A stretch of DNA of 64,000 bases, taken from the IMG/VR virus record IMGVR_UViG_3300035180_001680. One strand, given 5' to 3'. Under the pieces are notes generated by a model. The model was given only the letters and a program-made list of their open reading frames with translations, did no database searches and was not told the origin of the DNA. Of this stretch, positions 57,401 through 64,000 are shown in pieces. Source of the DNA: a virus (lineage: Duplodnaviria > Caudoviricetes). Every line of letters begins with the position of its first letter. Positions within the stretch are counted from its first letter, which is position 1. Position numbers and translations under genes: made by a program.

Positions 57401-58325
57401 AAGGGCAGTTGTTGAAATTAATGGCGGATGTAACTATAAATGTCAGATGTGTCCTCAATCAATCGGACGAGAAAAACAATTCCTCAAAACGATCCCACTT
57501 ACTGAGTTTGAGAGGGTCGTTGCAGAGTTGTCACAATATGGTCTCAAACTTGTCAATCTTGAAGGCTCAGGTGAACCAACACTACAAAATAACCTTGATG
57601 AATATATCAAGGTAGTTACAAAATACGGGGCTAAACCATTTATATACACTAATGGGTTCCGGATGAAAGGTGATTTGATGAAACGGTGTGTTGATGCCGG
57701 ACTCGCATTTTGTCGGTTCTCTGTTATTGGATACAGTAGAGAGAAATACCGTGAATGGATGAAGGCAGATAACTTTGAAATAATCGTTGAGAACGCTGGG
57801 GCAATGAATGAATATGCTCAGGGTTCTACAACAGTCGCTTCATATCATCTCATCCTAGGGTCCGATACCGATTATGAAATTGACCAATATGTAACAAACT
57901 TCATAACTCCTGCACGGACCCAGGCAGAGATATGGAAAATGCACAATTGGTCTGGAGTCTATGACAATCCAACTAAGCGTATGGGCAACAGAAAAACTTG
58001 TGGCAGGCCCTTTGCTCCTGAAATAACAATCCGTGCCGGCGGCCCTAATAAACTATCAGTTGCACCATGTTGCCAGACACTCGGTCAAGACACCATCGCG
58101 GTTCTTGGAAATCTAACAACTCAAACTGTTGAACAAATATGGAATGGTCAACCATACGAACAACTTAGACAAGCACATAGTGAAAAAATGTTTGATAGTA
58201 TTCCCTATTGCAGTAAGTGTGACTTTCTGTATGATGACCAATCTGTTCTCGTTTATTCAAACACAAATACTAAATTATTCACTATGAACGGAACCACATT
58301 CTCTCTTGATGACTTCAGAAACTAA
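57378..58325 (+). CDS. Radical SAM protein with a SPASM/twitch domain
   Basis: CNYKCQMC, GSGEP, YTNG; C-terminal CGRPF..CC..CSKC. Confidence 0.9.
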   Translation: MTIPLVIERAVVEINGGCNYKCQMCPQSIGREKQFLKTIPLTEFERVVAELSQYGLKLVNLEGSGEPTLQNNLDEYIKVVTKYGAKPFIYTNGFRMKGDLMKRCVDAGLAFCRFSVIGYSREKYREWMKADNFEIIVENAGAMNEYAQGSTTVASYHLILGSDTDYEIDQYVTNFITPARTQAEIWKMHNWSGVYDNPTKRMGNRKTCGRPFAPEITIRAGGPNKLSVAPCCQTLGQDTIAVLGNLTTQTVEQIWNGQPYEQLRQAHSEKMFDSIPYCSKCDFLYDDQSVLVYSNTNTKLFTMNGTTFSLDDFRN

Positions 58326-58357
58326 AAGATTTGGTGTATTCCTTAAACTCTTCTTGT

Positions 58358-59380
58358 TCACCCAACAAAGTGTTCGACGATAAACCAATGGTCTTCAAAC
58401 ATGTTTTCACCCTGCAATGCTCCCAAGGGAACCCACATTGCTTTTTCAGCGTCATCATCACCCTTAACCTTTGGTAGTGGACCTGGTGGTAATTCTATGA
58501 AAAAAGCATGAGAAATAGTTCTACCTCGCAAACTTCGGTTAGGGTCATCAAACACTTTCATACCTTTAATGTTTCCCCGAAGTACAGGTATTGGAACTTT
58601 AATTTTTGTTTCTTCACGTAGTTCTCTCAACATTGCATCTTCTAAACGTTCGTTTTGGTTAATGAACCCACCCGGAAGTGCCAACAAACCTTTTCCTGGA
58701 GATGAACGACGTTTAATCAACAAAACGTGTCCTGACTGAACAACGACAGCATCTGTGGTAACGAATGTCGGAGGATATGGAGCTGGTAACCAAGCTTTGT
58801 GATATTTTTTGATATATTCGTAGTCTTCCGAAAGTATAGTAAATTCAGGTGTTGACTTAAATAATTCAAGTTTTGCATAAACTGGCTCGGGAACGAGTGC
58901 TTGAAGGAATTTAAGATTTTTGCCCTCAAAGTAAAGTTCACGAAGATCAGTTGCATTAACATCTTCGTTTAATTCATGTTCCACTGGACTCCACTGTGGG
59001 AACATCTTAAGGTAATACGAACTTTCGTCTTTATCATATCCGATGATTGCAATCTTTGGACGGTCTAACCAAAACTCTCCAAGCATAGCCTCACTAACAG
59101 CTTCTTGGACTGCAGTAGTCCACTTTTGGTCGCTTGGTTGGTCGTTGACTTTGGTAATTTTGATTCGGTCTAAATTTCCACCAAAATCCTGACTTATAAT
59201 CATTGCTGCACGCTCTGAAGCAGTCCAAGGATTTTTTGGAGTTCGAGACGAATTTGCGCTACCAATAATAACAATTAGTTTGGTAGCAATTGACAAAGCT
59301 GTTTCAAATACTTGTTTGTGTCCAATGTGGAATGGTTGAAACCGTCCAATAAACACAGCATAATCGTACTGTTTTTGCAT
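58358..59380 (-). CDS. Bifunctional NMN adenylyltransferase / ADP-ribose pyrophosphatase (NadM-Nudix)
   Basis: GRFQPFHIGH, NATDLR, Nudix box GGF...NE.LEDA..REL.EET; start at 59380 after AAGGAG. Confidence 0.93.
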   Translation of the reverse strand: MQKQYDYAVFIGRFQPFHIGHKQVFETALSIATKLIVIIGSANSSRTPKNPWTASERAAMIISQDFGGNLDRIKITKVNDQPSDQKWTTAVQEAVSEAMLGEFWLDRPKIAIIGYDKDESSYYLKMFPQWSPVEHELNEDVNATDLRELYFEGKNLKFLQALVPEPVYAKLELFKSTPEFTILSEDYEYIKKYHKAWLPAPYPPTFVTTDAVVVQSGHVLLIKRRSSPGKGLLALPGGFINQNERLEDAMLRELREETKIKVPIPVLRGNIKGMKVFDDPNRSLRGRTISHAFFIELPPGPLPKVKGDDDAEKAMWVPLGALQGENMFEDHWFIVEHFVG

Positions 59381-59503
59381 AGAAAACTCCTTTCTATATG
59401 TTGAGCATCTCTGTCTTTCAGAGATGTTTATATTTATACAACAGTTTACTGTTGACGTCAACTAATTTTACTATATACTAAAGATTAATTTAAAGAAGAC
59501 GAT

Positions 59504-60040
59504 ATGTTATCGTATAAAGAGAATAAAAAACTTACTGTTATAAATTTGTTTGGGGGTCCTTGTACAGGGAAGAGTGCAACTGCAATGTCTCTTTCAGCAA
59601 AGATGAAAATTGAAGGTTATTTGGTTGATTATGTCCCGGAAGTCGCAAAAGACATGACTTGGGAACGAAGACATCATATGTTAACAGAGCAAGATTACAT
59701 TTTTGCAAAACAACACACACGAATTCGTCGGTTGGTTGGACAGGTGGACTACGCTGTGTGTGATAGTCCTATTATACTTGGCTTAATGTATGCTCCAGAT
59801 GATTTTCCAGCATCATTCAAACCATTTGTGTTAGATACATTTAGTTCATATAATAATATTAATATCTTATTACGTAGAACAGTTCAATATGATCCAGTTG
59901 GAAGGAATCAAACTTTAGAAGAAGCAGTTGAGATAGATAGAGATGTTGAGCATTTTTTACTCATTAATAACATACCTTTTTCTGTTTTGGATGTAGACGA
60001 ACAGATAATTAATAACATTGAATCACTTTTGTTTGAATAA
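59504..60040 (+). CDS. NadR-like P-loop ATPase/kinase (AAA_28-like)
   Basis: INLFGGPCTGKS, VPEVAK, DSP, GRNQT.EEA. Confidence 0.75.
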   Translation: MLSYKENKKLTVINLFGGPCTGKSATAMSLSAKMKIEGYLVDYVPEVAKDMTWERRHHMLTEQDYIFAKQHTRIRRLVGQVDYAVCDSPIILGLMYAPDDFPASFKPFVLDTFSSYNNINILLRRTVQYDPVGRNQTLEEAVEIDRDVEHFLLINNIPFSVLDVDEQIINNIESLLFE

Positions 60041-60065
60041 ATACTCCATAACCTGGAGAATAAAA

Positions 60066-60470
60066 ATGACATTTACCAAAGAAAACTTTTCTGCACAACA
60101 TATATATCACCCTGGAAATAATCCTTTGTGGTGGCCGATATGGGCGATATTTGGAAATGATAATGATGGGTGGTATGGTGATTCAGATTGGAATCCAACA
60201 AGAAATACATCTTTTATGACAGCAGTTAAATGGTGGTTTAGAAATCCTTTTCATAACTTGGTGTTTGCAGTTGTCGGCTGGTGTTGGGTTGATAGAACGT
60301 GGTATAAATGGACAGTTGGAAATTGGACCTTTGCATTAACTAAGTATGGAAAGTTGCCTCCTATCTTTCCATTCGTTGGTTATGAAAAATTGGGATTTAT
60401 TAAGGGATATATTGGTTGGCGGGGTGGAGCCTTTGGGTTAAAGCTTCGAAAGAATTCCGGACAGACGTAA
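60066..60470 (+). CDS. Trp-rich hypothetical protein
   Basis: WWFRNPFHNL, YIGWRGG motifs; GGAG site. Confidence 0.65.
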   Translation: MTFTKENFSAQHIYHPGNNPLWWPIWAIFGNDNDGWYGDSDWNPTRNTSFMTAVKWWFRNPFHNLVFAVVGWCWVDRTWYKWTVGNWTFALTKYGKLPPIFPFVGYEKLGFIKGYIGWRGGAFGLKLRKNSGQT

Positions 60471-60495
60471 AATAAGGGCTCGAAAGCCCTTATTT
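60470..60495. terminator. Bidirectional terminator
   Basis: AAATAAGGGC-TCGAAA-GCCCTTATTT between convergent genes. Confidence 0.8.
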
Positions 60496-60501
60496 AACTA
60501 A

Positions 60502-60687
60502 TTACAATATTTCAACAGTTGCTCCTGAAAGTTTTCCAATTGATTGTGGTTCTGCAGAATCTGTCATATTAGTTTCAACATCAAAGGTTACCCTAAGGGC
60601 GGTATGTCCTTGGTGAACTCTAATATAATCCGCAATTGCTCTACTAATTTGTTGAGTTGATAATTTTATTAATTTGTCTTCATTCAT
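60502..60687 (-). CDS. Hypothetical protein
   Basis: 61 aa, coupled to the upstream ORF. Confidence 0.5.
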   Translation of the reverse strand: MNEDKLIKLSTQQISRAIADYIRVHQGHTALRVTFDVETNMTDSAEPQSIGKLSGATVEIL

Positions 60688-60880
60688 TTATGTTCTCCAT
60701 GATTTCCCAATTAGTTGCTAATATATCAATTTGAGTTATCGTCCAAGTACTAATAGTTCCAGATGGTGTCCGTACGTCAATGTGCGGAAGATAATCAATT
60801 GTTGTTCCTTCTGGGTAAATTCCTAACAAAGGTGGGCGGTTTACTTGAAAAGTGCTTCCATACACCAAGAATATAAACAT
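60680..60880 (-). CDS. Thoeris anti-defence Tad2 / DUF2829-like small protein (tentative)
   Basis: MFIFLV.G, PHID.RT..G....W...Q.DILA.NWE resembles the DUF2829 C-terminal motif. Confidence 0.55.
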   Translation of the reverse strand: MFIFLVYGSTFQVNRPPLLGIYPEGTTIDYLPHIDVRTPSGTISTWTITQIDILATNWEIMENINE

Positions 60881-61031
60881 TCCAGTTCCCCTCCAAACCT
60901 CTCTTCTTGCTTTTTTCCATCTTTAATTTCTAAAAGTATCTGACTAAAATCCACATTTCACTCCTCAATTGTTTATTTAATACAGAAGATTATATTGTAT
61001 AATATAATTAAACATAGTTCAAGAGGAATAG

Positions 61032-61265
61032 ATGAAATATTATGCGGGGATAGGGTCAAGAGAAACACCAACTCAAATGCTTAAAGATATGACAACGTTT
61101 GCTACATTACTCCGTTTAGGGGGATACACATTAAGGAGTGGTGCCGCACCAGGTGCAGATGCAGCAACAGGTGTAGCACCAAACGAATACCGTTCGGGTA
61201 TAGAGGGAACGCATTGTGTTTTGGATATTACTCGAGAAGGTGAAGAGTATATTGTCCATTTTTAG
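61032..61265 (+). pseudogene. Truncated SLOG / DprA-like protein
   Basis: YAGIGSRETP...LRSGAAPGAD is typical, but the sequence diverges and stops right after. Confidence 0.55.
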
Positions 61266-61498
61266 TTCAAAGTATGGAATGCAAACCGACGTGTTTGGGC
61301 GCCCAGGTTCGAAGTTCAAACTTGGACCTCAAAATATTACCAGAGGTCACGCAGTTATGGTATTTGATTGGCAGAAGAGGCCGGGGGTTGTTTAAAATTA
61401 TTTAACCTTCTGTTGACTTTAGACTAAATAATAGTATGATAAATTATCAAGTGAAGCGACAGACGTTTCATTATCAATAACCAGATAAGGAGCTTATC

Positions 61499-61756
61499 AT
61501 GGAAAAACAAAATAAAGTTACACCTCAGTTTGTTGAATTTCTTAGACGCACAGTAGAACAAAAGCGTTTAGACGCTGGTTATAGTGGTTCATGGGGTGAC
61601 AATGGAGCTAGTGATTTAGAAGTTCAAATCGAAATCTATTTTCATGGAATGGTAAATAGTTTCCCGCATCAATGGGACGACTACTATAAAGCATACATGA
61701 AAGAAACAGACCCAGAATATGAGAAATATTTGGAATTGAAAGAAAGATTTGAGTAG
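61499..61756 (+). CDS. Hypothetical protein
   Basis: AAGGAG site; DPEYEKYLELKERFE tail. Confidence 0.7.
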   Translation: MEKQNKVTPQFVEFLRRTVEQKRLDAGYSGSWGDNGASDLEVQIEIYFHGMVNSFPHQWDDYYKAYMKETDPEYEKYLELKERFE

Positions 61757-61838
61757 TTGATTTTTTGAAGTAACTGCAGTAACGTAATAAAAATTGATTC
61801 GATAGACGAATCAATCAATCTTTGATAAGGAGTTTATC

Positions 61839-63299
61839 ATGTTGGAACTTGTAAAACCATTTAATTTCATTCTTGCTGTCGATTCGTATAAAGCTGGTCA
61901 CTATCTTGAACTTCCTCCGGAAACTGAATACACTTATTCAGCAATTGTTCCACGTAAATCAAGTAGTTACGCTACAGAAATTGTTGCGATGGGTCAAACA
62001 TTCGTAGCTAACATTCTGGCTAAGGTTCGCATTACGATGGATATGATCGATGAAGCAGAAATTGAAATCACTGAACAGGGGTATCGTTTTAACCGTCGGG
62101 ATTGGGAGATGATTGTTCAAGAGTTTGACGGTCGCCTTCCAATTGCAATGTATGCAGTTGAGGAAGGGCGAGTAGTTAAACCTCAAACTCCTGTAATGGG
62201 GTTGGTTAACACCCATCCACGGTTTGCTTGGCTTCCTGCTTATGTTGAAAGTTGGGTTCAAGGAACCGTGTGGAAGATGTCCACTGTTGCATCGATCTGC
62301 CGCCGTGCACGACAAATTTTTAAAGATCGTATGGAACGAACAGGTTCCAATATGGCGATGTTAGATTACAAACTTCACAATTTCGGTGACCGAGCAGCTG
62401 GTTCTCCAGAAGAAGCTGTGGTTATTGCTGGTATTGCACATGCTACATCTTTTAGTGGTAGTGACAGTCTACGAACCAATAGTTATATTAAAAAACTATA
62501 TCGTACATCAAAGGCGTATTTGTCTTCTGTTGAAGCGTTTGAACACAGTACAATTTGTGCAAACTCTAATGCAGAAACAAAAGATGACTTCGGGGCTGCA
62601 GTTGTAGCTGTGGAACGCTTGAAAGATGTGGTCAATACTGCCAAAAACGGAATTGGTATTCCTGTGGTAAGTGTGGTCATTGACACATACGATGATGAAC
62701 GGTTTGTTGGTGAGTACCTTGGAACAATTCTCAAAGACGAGATTGTCAATAGTGGTGGAATGATGGTTGTGCGTCCTGACAGTGGAGATCCAACCGTCCA
62801 ACCCGGAATCATCGGAAATATATTGGCAGAAAAATTTGGTTATACTGTAAACGAGGCTGGATACAAAGTTCTTTCTCCGACAGTTGGTGTTCTTCAAGGT
62901 GATGGTATTCGAATCAGTACTCTAGAGAGTGTGATCGACGGATGGATCGCCGCTGGTTTCAGTGTTGATAACTTTCTCACTGGAATGGGAAGTGGAACCA
63001 CGAACGACTGCCAACGCGATGACTTCAGTTGGAGTATGAAGGCTATTGCAAATCAGGTGAATGGAACTTGGCATCGATTACTCAAAGATCCGAAAACTGA
63101 CTCTGGTAAAAAATCTCTTTCGGGTTTGATTCGTTGTCGTGAAAACGAGAAGGGTGAATTGGAAGTGTTTGATGCTCTAATCGAAGGTATTCACAGGTTT
63201 GAACATTCAGAGCCAGGTTGGAGACTTTGGTCGAGGGACGGATATCAGACGTTCAGTCAAAGTTTTGATGAGGTCCGAGCACGTGCTCAGGTTGATTAA
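61839..63299 (+). CDS. nadV: Nicotinamide phosphoribosyltransferase
   Basis: DSYKAGH, KLHNFGDRA, FSGSDS, EHS, SVVIDTYD, VVRPDSGDP, QGDGI, KDPKTDSGKKSLSG. Confidence 0.9.
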   Translation: MLELVKPFNFILAVDSYKAGHYLELPPETEYTYSAIVPRKSSSYATEIVAMGQTFVANILAKVRITMDMIDEAEIEITEQGYRFNRRDWEMIVQEFDGRLPIAMYAVEEGRVVKPQTPVMGLVNTHPRFAWLPAYVESWVQGTVWKMSTVASICRRARQIFKDRMERTGSNMAMLDYKLHNFGDRAAGSPEEAVVIAGIAHATSFSGSDSLRTNSYIKKLYRTSKAYLSSVEAFEHSTICANSNAETKDDFGAAVVAVERLKDVVNTAKNGIGIPVVSVVIDTYDDERFVGEYLGTILKDEIVNSGGMMVVRPDSGDPTVQPGIIGNILAEKFGYTVNEAGYKVLSPTVGVLQGDGIRISTLESVIDGWIAAGFSVDNFLTGMGSGTTNDCQRDDFSWSMKAIANQVNGTWHRLLKDPKTDSGKKSLSGLIRCRENEKGELEVFDALIEGIHRFEHSEPGWRLWSRDGYQTFSQSFDEVRARAQVD

Positions 63300-63333
63300 A
63301 CAAAAGTAATTTTAACATTTAGGAGTGAAAATC

Positions 63334-64000
63334 ATGATGAAAAATATGTTCAATAGCAATAAGTTGATGGATCGTTTCTTTAAGAGAGTTGATAATGTAG
63401 TTTGGGATTTGATGTCCGGAAAAGTGGGCATTCAAACTGCTGACGGTATCGTCACTGTTGACGGCGAAGGTGATGATGCGCAACCGGTACTGAATTTGTT
63501 TGATCAGTTCGGTGTGCCAGTTCCCGCATTTGCACAAAACACACCGATTGACTCGGTTAATGTTGGGGACCTGATTTATAGTGCAAAAGGAACCACAGGT
63601 TGGGTCGTTGAAAAGCTGCCAAAAGGTTTCAAAATTCTCAAGGCTGATGGCACTCGTACGTCGTTTATCCCGCCGAAGGTTGCAATGTTGGGATTCGATT
63701 CAGGTGTGATGGTTCTTCGTAGTCTGATGAATATGCTGCCTGGTGGTAACACTGGACTGCAAGGTATGCAAAGCATGTTGCTTCCCATGATGATGATGGG
63801 TGGGGATGGTATGGACATGGAAAGCATGATGCCGATGATCTTGATGTCGCAAATGGGCGCTGGTGTGACGGCTGCTGATGGAACTACCGCTCCTGCAATG
63901 GGTGGAATGGGACAAATGTTGCCAATGATGATGATGATGGGTATGATGAGCAAGAACAAGGATGGAAGTGGGAAAAACCCGATGAGCAACTTTTTTGACC
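63334..64000 (+). CDS. Hypothetical protein with a Met/Gly-rich C-terminus, runs off the window
   Basis: AGGAG site; open to the window end (MMKNMFNSNKLMDRFF...LLPMMMMGG...LPMMMMMGMM); missing from the ORF track because it has no stop. Confidence 0.8.
   Translation, partial: MMKNMFNSNKLMDRFFKRVDNVVWDLMSGKVGIQTADGIVTVDGEGDDAQPVLNLFDQFGVPVPAFAQNTPIDSVNVGDLIYSAKGTTGWVVEKLPKGFKILKADGTRTSFIPPKVAMLGFDSGVMVLRSLMNMLPGGNTGLQGMQSMLLPMMMMGGDGMDMESMMPMILMSQMGAGVTAADGTTAPAMGGMGQMLPMMMMMGMMSKNKDGSGKNPMSNFFD

Noticed and set aside
57378-58325. Viperin-like radical SAM enzyme
   Set aside because: It carries a C-terminal SPASM/twitch Cys cluster, and I could not recognise viperin-specific motifs.
1-64000. 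Alternative genetic code (stop-codon reassignment)
   Set aside because: Recognisable genes (ligases, helicase, NadV, tail fibre) are full length under the standard code, and TAA, TAG and TGA all occur as terminators.

Overview
A 64 kb AT-rich slice of a large lytic dsDNA phage genome (T4-like or jumbo myovirus style), probably infecting a Gram-negative host, given the sigma70-type promoters and a phage-encoded TorF-like porin. From left to right: (1) 1-12 kb, accessory and metabolic genes, including an intein-split GMP reductase, a P-loop kinase, Nudix, a lysozyme-like protein, an amidinotransferase, a porin, an Sm/Hfq-like protein and a phosphoesterase. (2) 12.8-15 kb, a non-coding island with a tandem hairpin array. 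(3) 14-28 kb, a minus-strand arm with an SF2 helicase, a tRNA cluster (tRNA-Leu interrupted by a group I intron, atypical tRNAs, tRNA-like RNAs) and an RNA ligase. (4) 28-48 kb, a plus-strand arm of small early-type genes, each behind a TTGAC-N17-(T/G)A(T/C)AAT promoter, including Rnl1, RNase H-like and SprT-like genes. (5) 50-58 kb, tail fibre, chaperone and beta-propeller adhesin, followed by a modification-enzyme cluster. (6) 58-63 kb, an NAD+ salvage pair (NadM-Nudix and NadV). The standout observation is 42001-43702: 1,702 consecutive bases with no cytosine on the + strand. The stretch still encodes three intact ORFs with no Ala, Pro, Thr, His or Gln and has its own C-free promoters. It is bracketed by a 76-bp inverted repeat that belongs to a six-copy family of promoter plus non-coding G-rich leader. 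All annotation is by eye from motifs; no searches were run.
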